This document shows positions 40,264 to 58,486 of a stretch of DNA of 64,000 nt, piece by piece. A model generated the notes under the pieces. It had not been told where the DNA came from. It saw only the letters and a program-made list of their open reading frames with translations, and did no database searches. This stretch comes from Mobula hypostoma (Eukaryota), in contig NC_086106.1 in the NCBI RefSeq assembly GCF_963921235.1, positions 22,692,001 through 22,756,000 on the forward strand, given 5' to 3'. The position numbers and the translations under genes were made by a program. Within the stretch, counting starts at the first letter, position 1. Every line of letters begins with the position of its first letter.

Positions 40264-42625
40264 TTGTTGCAGGGAGGAGGCTGAGGACGAACCTGTGAAC
40301 CCGGGGAAAGCTCCTCGACCTGATGGGTTTACTGCGGAATTTTAATTTTTTTTTTGCATCCTCATTAATCCCTTGGTTATTCAGGGTTCTGGAGGCCTCA
40401 TTAAAATTTGGTAAACTTCCTGAATCCTTTTATAGAGCATCGATATCTTTAATATTAAAGAAACATAAAGATCCTGTTCAATGTGCATCTTATAGACCAA
40501 TATCTTTATTAAATGTTGACTCTATTCTGTTTTTTTTTCTAAATTATTTGCAAACAGATTAGAAAAAGCACTTCCTTATATTATTTCGGAAGACCAAACA
40601 GGTTTTATTAAAGGTCGTTACTCTTTTTATAATATTCGTACACTGTTAAACATTGTATACACCCCGTCACAAAATGATCCTGAATGCGTTATTTCCTTAC
40701 ACGCTGACAAAGCATTTGGTAGAGTCGAATGGCCTTACTTATTTAAGGTGCTTGAAATGTTTAATTTCAGCCCGAAATTTATATCTTCAGTCCTAAATTT
40801 ATATCCTGGATCAAATTGTTATATCCTATGGCCTCTCCTATGACCTCAATTCGTACTAACTCTTTAAATCCACTTTTTTTCCCTCTTTTTCGAGGTACTA
40901 GACAAGGTTGTCCTCTTAGTCTTTTATTATTTGATATTGCATTAGAACCTCTTGCAGTTGCTATTCGAGAATCTCCAAATATTATCGGCATAACTCGTGG
41001 CTCAATTTCTCATAAAATATCTCTTTATGCTGATGACTTACTTTTATATATTTCTAATCCTCAAAAATCTATTCCTGCCGCTTCAGATTCATTAGCACAA
41101 TTTAGTATTATTTGAGGTTATAAATTAAATCTCACTAAGAGTGAACTTTTCACGATTAATCAGCGAGTTCCCTTATACCAGAAGCTCCCGTTTAAATTGG
41201 TTAATGACCCTTTTTCATATCTTGGGATTAAAATTACCTGGAAACATAAGGATTTATTTAAGATTAATTTCCTACCCTTAATTGATCACATTACTCAACT
41301 TTCATTTAAATAGTCTCCACTTTATTTAACTTTGATTGGTCGTATTAATGCTGTTAAGATGTTTATTCAGCCATTTTTTTCTGTGTATTTCAGGCACTAC
41401 TGATTTTTGTTCCAAAATCATTTTTTGACAAAGTGGACTCTAAAATTTGTTATTTTATTTGGCAAAATAAAAACCCGAGATTGGGTAAAATACATCCACA
41501 GAAAGCTAAGAGAGATGCAGGTTTGGCATTACCTAACTTTAGGTTTTATTATTGGGCAATTCATATTCGACAAATGAAATTTTGGTTACTTGACCAAAAT
41601 ACACTATCTATTCCTAAATGGGTAGTATTGGAATTAAAATCTCCTCAAGGTTATGCACTTGATTCCATTTTAGGTTATTTTCTTCCTTTCGATTTGAAAC
41701 GCCACAAACAGGTTTGTAACCCAATAGTTAAACATACCTTACGTATTTGGATTCAATTCCGAATTTTTTGTTCGATCTTAATCAATTTGGGCTTGCGATT
41801 CCTATTTTAGGTAGCATATTCTTTCCCCCCTCTTCCACGGACCGTGCCTTTCAAACTTGGAAGACTAATGATATATCACGGTTTCTGGATTTATTTTTAG
41901 ATGGCGTCCTTCTGTCTTTTGAGCAATTATCTAATAAATATAACTTACTAAGAATACTTGTTTTTTTAGATATCTCCAAGTTAGAGATGTCTTAAGTACT
42001 ATACTCTCTTCCTTTCCGAGTTACCTCCTACATATATTTTAGATACTATAATTAACCTTAACCATTTCAGAGAGGTGTAACGGCTATTATTTATAATACT
42101 ATCGAGAAACTAGGAAAGCTACATTTGATAAGATTAGGTCAGATTGGGAAAAGGAATGGGGCTTTATTATTTCGGCAGATGACTGGGCGCATATTTTACA
42201 ACTAGTCAATACTTCCTCTATCCGTTCCAAACTTTCTCTAATTCAATTTAAAGTTGTTCATAGAACACTAATGTCTAAAGATAAATTAGCTCGTTTTTAT
42301 TCTCCTATTAACCCTCTTGGTGACAGATGTCATGGGGAGATAGCCTCCTTAAGTCATATGCTTGGTCCGGTCCTACTTTGGAAACTTTTTGGAAAGGCAT
42401 TTTTAATATTATTTCAAAGGTATGGAATACAGATATTTCTCCCCATCCTATTACCGCTAACTTTAGATTACCAAAAATTTCCAGTAATCTTTCCCCTTCA
42501 GCCCGTAGAATGATTGCATTTCTTACTTTAATGGCGAAAAGATGTATTTTATAACATTGGAAGGAGATTAATGCCCCAACTACGTTCTTTTGGTTTTAAC
42601 AGACGATACTATGTTTAAATTTGGA
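40264..42625 (+). mobile_element. L1-clade LINE, 5'-truncated and decayed
   Basis: Motifs PGKAPRPDGFT, SISLILKKHKDPVQCASYRPISLLNVD, RGTRQGCPLSLLLFDIALEPLA, KISLYADDLLLY and GLALPNFRFYYWA. AT-rich L1-type composition. Confidence 0.88.
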
Positions 42626-42629
42626 AGTC

Positions 42630-46110
<3,481 letters not shown>

Positions 46111-46114
46111 ACTG

Positions 46115-48540
46115 AATAGTGTATGGAGAGTGCTATATACTGAGAGCATGCCTGGAAGTAGTGCTGAAGAGCTCCAGTCTCCAAACTCATTCCAACTAAT
46201 CTTACGGTTGATAATATCCCATTTCGTCCAGACATCAAATGAGACTTCACGTCCAGTGTCCTTGTTCAAAGATTTTAGTCCTCACGGTTCCGTACCTCTG
46301 ACTGAGCATTGTCACACCTATACCGTGTACTTGCACTTTTCCATAGAGGCAAGTATGTGCAGCCTGGGTCTTGCCGTCACCGGAATAATTTGCAAATGAT
46401 GTTTCCCACTTGCTAAAATCTCACTGTCTTGCGTATGGCCGAGTTGATGGTTCCCGTTCGGCCCGAACTTGTTTTAACTCCGGCTTGGTTTATTCGCTTG
46501 TCATGTGAGTCCGCTACTGCTAACACAACTCTGCACATTGCTACCTTGAAATTCCCCACTATCGTCGACAACGGGAGCTGTAGCTGGCCTGTTGATATGT
46601 ACAGACCCACTGAAGAAGAAGTTGGGAGAATCTCCAGCCTCTTCCGCATGTGCTTGCTGACTCTCCTCTCGATGCATTCTACATTGGTCCCCGGGATCCC
46701 GTACCACGTCAAAGCCAGAGCAAATATGGAGTGGATCATGTTATTACGACGTCTTGAATTTAACTGTCAGTCTCTTTCTGTCGATCATCTGCAAACATCC
46801 ACGCTTTGCTTTAGTGTGCCGGTGATGTTGACTCTGTCTCGCCTTGCTGCATTAAACCGCTTTCCAAGATATTTCACTAGGTTGCCCTCAGTCGACGAAC
46901 CTTCTTTTCATCGTCCTTGAAGACACAACTTGCTAGTAGCCCAGCCTTTTTTGATCACCATATAATTTGGACTTCTTAACTGACCAGGTAACGACTTGGT
47001 CATCGCAGCACATATGTTATCCAGGGTTTTCCATATCTATTTTGCATGGACATGGGTTGCTGTGGTCATTGTGATATCATTTGTGAACCCCCATATGCTG
47101 GACTTGAAGATAGGACCACAGGTTACGTCTGTTGCTTCTAATATGAGGACATACAAACCCATGAAAATCAGGATGGGGAAGATGGTGCAGCCTAGTGGAA
47201 TCACGTTTGAGAGGTCTTGCCACCTGAATGTAAGCTGAGCTGAAGTGTAGCACAGTTGAATCCTCGTAGGTAACTGATATTCATGTTTCGCCTTAATGGT
47301 AAGATTTAGTCGTGATCCAAACCAGTCTGAGTGATGACATGTAATATTAAACATTCAGCGTTGGCTAGGTATAACCAGATGACGGCTAGGTTAAAAAATC
47401 AGCTGCCTGTCCTCGCGAAAAAAAATGGCTGATCATTGAGATGTGTTTAGGAAACACGGGAAAAAAATCGGGATGTCACCTTTCTGGGTGGAGGTGCTGA
47501 AAAGTAGAGCCTGTCTCCATTGAGGGAATTTCGTTACAGGAATGAAGAGATCAAAGGAAATTATAGGAGTAATAAATCAGTTTTAGAATACAGAATGTGG
47601 TGTTGTAATAAATGAGAACAAGTGGCCAAAATGCACTCGCCGGCAAAACCTAAACCCAAGATGGAGAATGCAAAATACTGGAATGCAGAAGTAAGAGGCC
47701 TGCCTTCACACAGGCATCGAGAACAATATCCTCCACGTCTTGCTGAGGAGGAGGATTGCTATAGACAGGATGATGGTAGGGTGATCATTTTCCTTGTGGA
47801 TAAGGCATCATTAAAAAAAAAATCCATCTTAGTGCGATAGAGCCTTTGGTCCAAATTTCCACATTATTTTCAACAAGCAGCGGAGGCGATTTGGGCATTT
47901 CTTATGTAACGTAGCGACGAACGCTTTGTGCAGAGGCTGCTGATGACTTTGCCGTCTTGCTGATATTCTGGACCTTCTTTCCCGTTGGCTCAGCCACGCT
48001 CAGCATTGTTGCTGGCATTCTTGTTTGGTGGACTTTTGGATTGAATTCTCGTTCGTGATTCCCGTGGCGATCGCTGTTTAATACTCGCGTTTAACTTTTA
48101 ATCTCCGCGTATCCCTTTGCTTTCATGGGAATGTATTTATTCCACACTGTCTGCAAACAACAGTTCTTCTGAGGCATATCTAGTGTGTCGTATCTGGTGG
48201 TGTCGACCAGGATGTTTGGCATAGCTGTTCGCAACAGGTTGTCTTTCATTGGTTTTGATATTCATTGATTCGCATTATCAGCTGCACAGCATGACTTGCA
48301 CAAACTGCAGATAGCGTACAGTTGCACATCCAACAGGCCGGAGCATACAAATCTATAAATGTGATGTTTTCCTATTCCGAGTTGGAAGTCTTCAACAACA
48401 GTCGCCAAAGATTGAGAAGCTGTTACTACAAGCATTGGAATGCGCTTCACCGAGAATTACCATCCTTCCCAGGTGAACTGCTCCATGTGTTTGACCTCCT
48501 TGTGGGAAGGAGTTTAATAAAGTAGCTTAAACTGGGTTTC
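46115..48540 (-). mobile_element. NeSL/HERO-like non-LTR retrotransposon fragments
   Basis: GIPLGCTIFPIL and GFTNDITMTT (RT). IERRVSKHMRKRLEI, SSVGLY, QLQLPLSTIVGNFKVA and DKRINQAGVKTSSGR, plus WTKWDIINRKISW, match my recollection of HERO-type ORFs. Family assignment is by memory, not by a search. Confidence 0.6.
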
Positions 48541-48859
48541 TCCAGTTTTCAGGAAATCATTCTGGATAATGACACACTACAGATCAATTCAAAAATCTGG
48601 ATAGGATTGGAGAAGAACAGATAGAATGAGGGTGTGCATTATTGCGGTGAACACCATGAGGGTTCATATTCCTGAGAGATTTCACCTATCAATCTGCCCG
48701 GTTCCTGTTTCTGCAATCCCGTCCTCCTGTGTATGTAGAACGACAGCACGTATATGGGGCCCATTCTGTTCCGGAGGAGATTAGGCCTCTCCAAGTGCTG
48801 CAGAGTGCAGTGCCTGAGTTCTCCATTCCGGCTAAAGTTAGTCTCTCGGACGTTTGGAA

Positions 48860-51800
48860 ATGGTAACAATTGTGCTACATGCGAGTGAGCCGAGGAACAG
48901 AAGGATTATACAGATCAAAACGTGGCTGAGAGGATGGAGCAGGAGGGAGGGCTTGAGGTTTTTAGATAATTCAGCTTTGTTCCAGGGAAGGTGGGATCTG
49001 TTCCGACGGGACGGTTTACACATGAACTGGAGGGGCACTAACATTCTTGCAGGAAAGTTTGCTAGTGCTGCTTGGTGGGGGTGGGGGGTAAACTAAATTT
49101 GCAGGGTACAGGGATACAGAATGTGAGAAAGGATAGCGAAATGAAGTATAAAGGACAGGTGGGGAATACACGGTTCCGGAATATTGAGTGTGAAGTAGAG
49201 AAAGGTGAGGCGGAACGAGTGATAAGGAGGATACATGTGCAGAGGGATGGTCTGACGGGGTATGGAGTTAAATGTGCAGAAAGAGTAAGTAAATTTAAGA
49301 AGGACAACAAAATTCAAGGAGCGTATAGCCCGGTGACAGTTCGGAGAGCTGGACTATTCACAGTAGGCAACGATTTAAATAGAGAGAGGAGAAATGGGTT
49401 AAAAATTCTGTATCTGAATGCACGAAGTGTCAGAAATAAAGCGGATGAGCTTGAAGCTCAGGTGCGAATGGGTACCTGTGATATTGTTGGGATAACGCAA
49501 ACATGGCTGCAGCGGGATCAGACCTGGGAATTGAACGCACAAGGGTATACGTGCTATCGTAGCGACAGAAAGGTGGGCAGAGGGGGTGGGGTGGCCCTGT
49601 TGGTGAGGAATGAGATTCAGTCCCTTGCAAGGGGTGGGGGGGGCATAGAATCAGGAAAAGTAGATAGTGGATAGAACTGAGGAACAGTAAGGGCAAAAAG
49701 ACCCTAATAGGTGTTACCTACAGGACCCCAAACAGTAGCATGGATATTGGGTGCAAGTTGAATAGGGAGTTAACAATGGCATGTGACAAAGGAAATGTCG
49801 CAGTACTTATGAGGGATTTCAACATGCAGGTGATCTGGGAAAATCAGGTTGGTACTGGACCCCAGGATAGGGTGTTTGTAGAGTGCCTGTGGGGTGCATT
49901 TCTGGAGCAGCTTCTACGAGAGCCGACCAGGGATAAGGCTATTCTGGATTTAGAGCTGTGCAATGAACAGGATTTGATAACTTATCTTGAAGTAAAGGAG
50001 CCATTAGGAGGTAGTGTCCATAATATGATAAGTTTTAATCTGCAAATAGAGAGGGATAAGGGCAGATCAGAAGTGTCAGTATTGCAGTTGAGCAAAGGAG
50101 ACAATGGAGCCATGAGGGAGGAGCTGGCCAATGTTGACTGGTCGTATATCCTAGCAGAAAGGACAGTGGAACAGCAATGGCAGGTATTCTTGTGAATAAT
50201 GCAGAAGGCGCAAAATCAGTTCATCCCCCGGAGAAGGAAGGATTCAAAGGGGGGAAAGTCGCCACAGTGGTTGACAAAGGAAGTCAGAGATAGCATAGCA
50301 TTAAAAAAGACGAAGTATAACAGAGCTAAGGTGAGTGGGAATACGGATGATTGGGAATGTTTTAAGGAACAACAGAACTTAACCAGAAAGGCAATACGGA
50401 GAGGGAAAAATGAGGTATGAACGAAAGCTAGCTAGGAATATAAAGGAGGACAGCAAAAGTTTTTTTGAAGGTATGTCAAGAGAAGGAAGACAGTTAAGAA
50501 CAATGTTAGGACTTGAAGAATGCATTGGGAGAAATTGTTATGGGAAAAAGAGAAATGACAGATGAATTTAATAAGTACTTTGGATCTGTCTTCACTAGGG
50601 AAGACACAAACAATCTCCCAGATCTATGGATGGGCCAAGGACATATGGTAGCAGAGGAACTGAAACAGATTGACATTAGGAAGGAAACGGTGATGATTAG
50701 ACTGATGGGACTAAAAGCTAACAAATCCCCAGGCCCAGATGGTCTGCATCCTAGGGTACTAAAGGTGGTGGCTCTGGAAATTGCGGATGCATTGGTGATC
50801 ATTTTCCAATGTTCCTTAGATTCAGGAGCAGTTCGTAAGGATTGGAGAAAGGCTAATGTTATCCCACATTTTAAGAAAGGAGGGAGAGAGAAAACAGAGA
50901 AGTATCGCCCTTTTTAGCTTAACATCAGTAGTGGGGAAGATGCTAGAGTCCATTATAAGATGAAATAGCGACATATCTTGATAGCAGTGATACGACTGGG
51001 CCGAGCCAGCATGGATTTTCCAAGGGCAAATAAGGCTTCACCAATCTATTGGAGTTCTTCGAGGATGTAACCAGGACGATAGACGCGGACAGTCTCCGGA
51101 GCCGTGTACCTTGACGTTCAGAAGGCAGTTGATAAGGTACCACATCGGATTTTGGTTGGTAAAATCAGAGCTCATGGCATTGGGGAGAGGATATTGACAT
51201 GGATAGAAAGCTGGTTGGTGGATAGAAAGCAAAGGGTAGCAGTGAATGGGTGTTTCTCGGAATGGCAGGTGGTGACTAGTGGGGTGCCACAGAGCTCGGT
51301 ATTGCGACCACAGCTGTTTACGATTTACGTCAATTATTTAGAGGAAAGCATTTGCTGATGATACTAAGCTGGGTGGTACTGTGACGTGATGAGGATTTTG
51401 GGAGAATTCAAGGTGACTGATTGGCTGGCTGAGCGGGGAGAAACTTGGCAGATGGCGTTTAATGTGAATAAGTGTGAGCTTATTCACTTTGGGAGCAAAA
51501 ACAGGAAGGCAGATTATTATCTGAACGCTGTGGAGTTAGATAAGGGAGAAATACAAAGAGATCTGGGAGTACTTGTTCAAGATTCTCTGAAGGTGAATGA
51601 GCAAGTGCTGCAGGCAGCGAAGAAGACTAATGGAATGTGGGCCTTTATTACGAATGGAATTGAGTACAAGAGCAAGAAATCCTTTTGCATTTGTACAGGG
51701 CCCTGGTGAGACCACATCTGGTGTATTGTGTGCTGTTTTGGTCTCTAGGGTTAAGGAAGGACATCCTGGCTGTGGAGGAGGTTGCAGCATAGGTTCAGTA

Positions 51801-52270
51801 GGTTAATTCCTGGGATGTCCGGACTGTCTTACGCAGAGAGGTTAGAGAGACTGGGCTTGTGCATGGTTGAATTAAGGATATTGAGGGGGGATCTGATTGA
51901 GATATATAAAATTATCAAGGGATTGGACAAGATAGAGGCAGGGAATATGTTCCAGATGCTGGGAGAGTCCAGTACCAGAGGGCATAGTTTAAGAATAAGG
52001 GGTAGGTAATTTAGGACAGAGTTGAGGAGGAACTTCTTCTCCCAGAGAGTTGTGGAGATGTGGAACGCGATGCCACAGAAGGCAGTGAAGGCCAATTCTC
52101 TGGATGCTTTCAAGAAGGAGGTAGATAGGTATCTTATGGATAGGGGAATCAAGGGTTATGGGGACAAGGCAGGAAATCGGTATTGATAATAGATGATCAG
52201 CATGATCTCAGAATGTCGGCGCAAGCTTGAAGTGCCGAATGGTCTATTTATGCACCTATTGTCTATTGTC
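48860..52270 (+). mobile_element. CR1 LINE, near full length, inactivated
   Basis: ORF1 esterase-like segment (TWLRGWSRREGLRFLD, DLFRRDGLHMNWRGTNIL). APE motifs LKILYLNARSVRNK and RKVGRGGGVALLV. RT motifs SPGPDGLHPRVLK and YLDVQKAVDKVPH. 3' tail (CTATTGT)n at about 52255-52270. Confidence 0.92.
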
Positions 52271-54797
52271 TAATAGCTTCTAACCAAAATTACCCCTTCA
52301 ATATATCGTGATAAAGCTAAAGTGAGAGGGGAAATGGGCTGGTGAGACAGGTGTCCAAATAGATTTTTGGAATGAGAGCCGAGAAAATTGATCATCGTAT
52401 TCATGATCGTAATAATAATCCCGCTCTCGATACATCTGCCAATCCATTCTCTATGCAATCAATTATATTCAATGTGTCTTCTTCTTGGAATATCCTGAAA
52501 AGTAATGAGAAGGAAAAAGAAAAGAGCAGAAAAAAAAAAAAACGGCAACTCCGGCAAAGCACATTTGGAGATGCAATGTGCTACTTTAGTAGATGCGGGG
52601 GACTGCCTAACTAACCTTGAGCCACGCTGTCCCTGCAACTAAAGTGAAAAATAAGTACTTCAATAATGATCATGGAACATTTTCCTATGAACCCACCCCG
52701 TACATCTTTGGATTGCGAAGGAATCCACTGTCTCCGAGGAACCCCCACGTATCGACCATGGGGCCATACAGAACATCACAGCGCCACAAATGAACAACGA
52801 AGTCCAATATAACACAACTGTAGCAGAGCCGTGCCATCCACGAGCCTACCGGGCGTTCAAGTGGATAGACTGACGGAAAAGTAATGAAAGAGAGGGAAGA
52901 GAAGTTCGTTTTTTAGGAAGAAAAGAAAGGAAATAGAGAGGAATAGACATGAATGTCGAGTGTTGGAGGGATAACGATTTAGTTTAATGTCCTATCGTTA
53001 GGAAATTCTCAGTGGGAGAACATCGACAGTCAGAAACTATATATGGAAATATTGCCGGGGCAGAAGGCTCAAAGGGATAGAAAAAGAAATGAGAGAAGGT
53101 TTGGAAGTAATACAATAAACACACGCACAAACACAAAGAGTACGGAAGGCGAGAGAGGAAGAGAGAGGGTAAATAACGGAAAAGAATAAATTACAGACAG
53201 ATACGTAGCAGACAATGAGCGAGACAAAAGACGAAAAAGACAGGTAGATAGAATGGCCGGAGAGCGAGGCACTGAGAGAATAATAGATTGCGGGAGTAGA
53301 GCGAGAGAGTGGGAGATAGGAAGAGAGGGAGTTGGAGAAAGAGACTATCTGAAATAAAAGTAAGAGAAATTAAAAAATAAATAAAAGTACACATATATCA
53401 AGGAACCAGAAAGAGACAGTGGAAAATGGGGAAATATTGATGGCTTGAGGAAGGCAGAGACCTGGATGTAGAAAGATAACGAAAGTGATGGAGAAAGAAA
53501 GGGAGCAGCAATAAACAGAAAGATATACAGGGATATTAACAGGTAGAAATTGAGAGGGCAAGAGAGAGTTTCAGCGAGCTGGAGAGAAAGGGAAGGAGTA
53601 AGACCTATATCTTGCACGGCATTCATTCTTTGTGCTCCTTACAGATTAATTTGGTAGTGCTGCACAGTGAGACTCTGTAAAATGGACAATCTTTATCCCG
53701 TGGAGCTGATGCACTCCTGGGTTGTCGAAGATTCTGGTGTCTTTTACCACGGAGGAGAGAGGAGCGTATCCGCCGCAATACGTTGGGTCAGTCAAGTTTT
53801 GGCTAAATTAGTGGTTGAGAACGGATAGAGAAAACATTGAAATGGCATATACATTTTTTTCAGCATCCTGAGCTATGGCCGACATATCCGCTGCAATATG
53901 TCCAATGTTATCCAAGATATCTGGTCAGGTTTAAGCTGAGCTGCAGAAAGTTTGAAGGATTACATGTATAAACTTTAGGGGCACCTCTGTCGTATTGCGT
54001 CTTATATCTCCACGCCATCCAACTCAACTTATAGTATAGGGTACACACAAAATGCTACCCTGGGTGTTGCTAAGCTCAATTATCACTGAAATATCAACAG
54101 ATAGCGAATGAAGGAATGACAGGATCTGAACACTCACACAAAGACAAGGAAACACAAACACACACAGACTAACACACACACACACATACAAATGCGCGAG
54201 CTCTAACAGAAACAGACATGCAGATACCGACAGCGATGGGCAGAGAATGAAAGTGCGAAAGATTGAAACCGAAAAGCAGAGATATTTATGCAGTACTATA
54301 TGGACATTAGCTCCATGACACTGAACTGCGGTTCCTCAGTGACGTGGTGAATTACTTTCAGTATTTTTGGAAAATCAGTAGATATGTGCTGTATAACATA
54401 TGTCCAATGAACCGACGTCCGTCTGAGATTTGCTCTTGTAGTTATCGGTGCTTTTCTGAAAGTCGGCAAGAAGTTATCTTAGTATTTCCACTAGAAATCG
54501 CTGTGGCATGTCGATCGACTGTGCCACGGAAAATAAAGGTTTTTCGACATCTGCAGGATTATGTCGTCAGAGGGCTGTCTCAGTCAGCGATCGGGCTGTG
54601 ACGCTCTTTCTCGGAGGTACATAGACCCGTCGCATCTGGGGCAATAGGCGGAGCATGTCTCAAGAGGCCGCGTTTCCATTGGGTTCTTTTCATTTCCTGC
54701 CCATTATATCACTTAAACAGTAGAATTCAGAACCTCCTGAATCCTGGCGACAATTTATTGAGGAGAAAATCATTCAACTCATTCTTTATAAAAAATA

Positions 54798-55241
54798 ATG
54801 TGGTGATTCGTCATTGGGATTGTGTGCGGAGCCTGGTTAACTGGTTTGTGCGCAGCAGCCAATACAAAGTTTTCTCCAAACTGAATTCTGAAAAGTACTT
54901 CACTATAACATTTCATGTTTTGTCTTCTTTTTAGATAGGAGTCATGGAAACTCTGTCACTCAGACAATGTCACCAGAAGTGAAGACAGAAAAAGAGGCTG
55001 TAAATTGAAGCTGCACCTATAATACTACATGGGGCAACTATTTTTTATGTTGGTACCGACAGAGGTTAGAACAAAGTCTCGAGTACATACTGTACAAACA
55101 TTCTAGTGGAACTGAAAATAAAGCCGAATTTACCAAAAGACGGTTCAAGGCCTCTCTGGTCAAGGGTGGAAAATTATACCGTGTCACCATCTCAAAGCTG
55201 CAAATGAGCGACTCTGCAGTTTATTTCTGCGCCCTATGCCG
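54798..55241 (+). pseudogene. TRAV/TRDV: TCR V alpha/delta pseudogene, paralog of 28654-29105 (leader 54798-54843, V exon 54935-55241)
   Basis: Leader begins ATG TGG TGA (stop at 54804-54806). The V exon has an in-frame TGA at 55006-55008. Otherwise collinear without indels (57 mismatches in 307 nt, about 81%, manual count), with WYRQ and DSAVYFC intact and splice sites preserved. Confidence 0.93.
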
Positions 55242-55280
55242 CACAGTGATGTATTCTACTTAAATGTTCATACAAAAAAA
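55242..55280 (+). other. Intact 23-spacer RSS of the pseudogene
   Basis: CACAGTG (55242-55248), 23 nt, then ACAAAAAAA (55272-55280). Confidence 0.95.
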
Positions 55281-55544
55281 TCACTTACTGTATGATCCAT
55301 GATTTGATCGCTGCAGCTGGATATATCTGTACACTATTTTTCTGATTGTACTTTCCCGCCACTCAGGGTACCTGTTGAAGTTCATCTCGCTTTCGTCTCT
55401 GATCACTCAGAAATGGTATAACCGCACCACTTTTTCCAATGTCGCACTGAGATCTATGGCCTCTGTTATCTCATTTACTCTGTGAAATATACTTTAACAG
55501 GGCAAGAGAAATACGAGCGCTGAAATTCAAACCGCAACCACGTT

Positions 55545-55557
55545 GTTGTGCGTGTTG

Positions 55558-55601
<44 letters not shown>

Positions 55602-55761
55602 CTGTGTGTGTGTGTGTGCGGTAAGAGAGATATAGTGAGACTGTGTATAAGCGCACACTTTTTTGGGAGCGTATGGACATAGAGACAAATCTGATGGACG
55701 TTTTCCTTGTTTACCATCCGCTGATCTTTTGGTGCAGATATGAGCGTCGGTCTTGCTCAGT

Positions 55762-55800
<39 letters not shown>
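55545..55800 (+). repeat. (TG)n (about 55545-55620) and (CT)n (about 55765-55800) microsatellites
   Basis: Directly visible. Confidence 0.9.
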
Positions 55801-55801
<1 letters not shown>

Positions 55802-58486
55802 TTTTCTCTCTCCGTCTTTTTCTCTTTTGATCTCGCCGTTGATCTCTCTCTCTCCCGCTTCCCATTCTCCCGCTACCAATTAAGCTCTGTCTCTATTCAG
55901 TAGCCTCTGTGAGGCTAACTAACTATCCATAGTTTCTAGGTCAGGAAGTCCGCATTGTTTTGTACAGTTTTGCAGTAGTATACTTAGAAAGAGCAGTAGA
56001 GGACTTCTGACAAAGGTCTGTGTGGCAATAGTGTGGAATACCGTACTGAAATCTAGAAACAACATTCTGACATAAATGTCCCTCTTTTAAACATATCATT
56101 TGGCCAGGTAAATATTAGGTATAATGGCATATGTTACAGGGCCTTCAAGTTATAAACCGTATAAAGTCATAGAGTCATAAACTACTTCGTCGTTTCTCCC
56201 TGCACCCGGACCACAGCCCTCCATACACCAGAATTCATGTAACTGTCCACACTTAGCTTAGATTTGAAAAATGAGTTTACACGCACTATACATGCTGGCA
56301 GCTCATCACAAAATCTCACGACTTCTTAGTGAAGACGTTTCCTCTCACGTTTGCTTGAAACCTTTTGACATTTCAGCATTAATTCTTTATCATGGCTATG
56401 TTAATCCTTAACATGGCTTCTGGTTATATTCCCACCCAAGCTAAGTGAATGTAAGCCAGATAGTGATACCTGACACTTTGGAGAATCTGAGCATGTTGAG
56501 AATAATCTTGGATTATAGGTGCTCCAGGAACTCCAAAAAAAATTAGATACTAGGCCTCTGGACCCAGGAGCGATGATGCCGCTAGTGTAAATTATGAGTT
56601 CCGATAATAAGAATCAGGAAGAACTGTTAGAATCAGGCTGAGAGATAATTCACGTGCCTTTTAAACGATTGATCATGTACTGACAGTGGAATGCCAAAGA
56701 GTTATGTGAAGATGTTTGTCTTACTGTATGAATATTAGCTCTGTACAACCTAAACAAAATCAGAGTTCTGGTGGCTGTGGAGACTACTGCAGACTCTCCA
56801 TAATACCATGTAAGTAAACCCTTAAAACGAAACTCGAAATCACTTGCGTTCTTAGTTTGTGTTTCCACGACAATACCCTTCAAGAATTTTCTTAACTCTG
56901 TCAAATCTCCTCTCAAATATCTAAGTTCTGAGGAAGAAAGTGCTAACTTATTCATTCTTTCCTCGTAACTCAGGTCTGCAAGATGGGAACAATTTTATAA
57001 ATATCCTTTGCACCATGTCAACCTACTTACACACTTCCAGCAGTTAGCTGGCCAGAACTACAGGAAAAACGGCAAATTAGTCCTCACAAACGCCTCATTC
57101 AACTTTAACGTATCATCCCGCTGTTGTACCATATATTATGTTTTTTTGAAAGCTAATGTGCCAAAATATTCTTTTTTTTTCAAATATACCTGTGATACAA
57201 TTTTCAAAGAATTAAGAAATTATGATCTGAGATTCCATTTGTTTTCAACCATATCCTTTGTTTCCTACCGCTCGCAGATTAACTTGGCTGGTGAAGTGGA
57301 ACACATCGTAACTGATATTTTTCTTACCAGGTTTACAGCTGATCCAGATCTCTCTACAGTCCATGATAACAGGCCACGCTGTCCAGCAAACCTCAATCTT
57401 GTAGTCATCAGCAAATCTTTTATCCAGCTAACCACACTTACAATCGGATTGTCGATATAGGTTGCAGACAACCCCACTCCGGTACTTCAGCAGTCGCAGT
57501 GCTCCCATTGGAAAGGCACCATGTAGTCTCCCTTTGTGGATTCCCTCAGAAATCCAGTGCCTTATCCAATTTAATACGACTGAAACTTCCTGACCTACTT
57601 CCATGTGGGAGCTTGTCAACGGCCTTGCGAAAGACAATGTAGACAACATACATTGCCTTGCCTCCATAAATAGCTCTGGCACTTTTTTCTTGAGAAATTC
57701 ATTAATATTGGTGGGTCACGGCCTTCCAAGATCGAAAACAGCCTGCGTGTCGCATATGCGTCGGTGTCTGTCCAAATACTTATGATACGGACGCAGAAAG
57801 CTCGCTAACGTGGAGCGATTCTGTCGTTCAATATATTGGTTAGTGCCCAGTGTGGCCAACAATTCAAAGCAATTCATGGCGACTGCAGTCAAAGCTACCG
57901 GGCTGTAGTTGTTTAATCGTTTAGTTTCTAAGTTTAGAGAGATTTGTTACTGGAATGATGGCGGATGATCCTAAGTCTGTATAAGTGACGTTCTGAAGAA
58001 GTCCGCAAAGAATCACTGAGCAGTTGTGCACACATATTAAATACTTGACCTGAGATGTGTTCTTGCCAGTTCTGATAACTGAGAGTGATCTGTTAAATTC
58101 CTTCTGATGCCAGCTAATGTTACAGACCTGAAGGCAGCGTTGTTAGCTTTTATTATGGAGCGTACATCGATGTTAACCAACATAAGTGATAAGCAAGTGG
58201 GGAGAGGAAAGAGGCTATGAGTGGTAGCCTGAAATGCGGACTGGATTTGGAACAAACGGAATCTGGACCAAGTTACGGGAAATTTGATACATGAATGTTC
58301 ATGTCTCCATGTGAGACGCTACACAAACCGAATGTGAGATGTTGCCTCATGATAGCAGAATAATTGGGCATTGACGCCATGTTGGAAGGGATTTGGAAAA
58401 GACATTAAAATTGTTGGGATACATTGGAATAATTCTTGTTGCAGACAGAGTTAATTTGCACATAACGTGGCCCCACACCCTACGTC

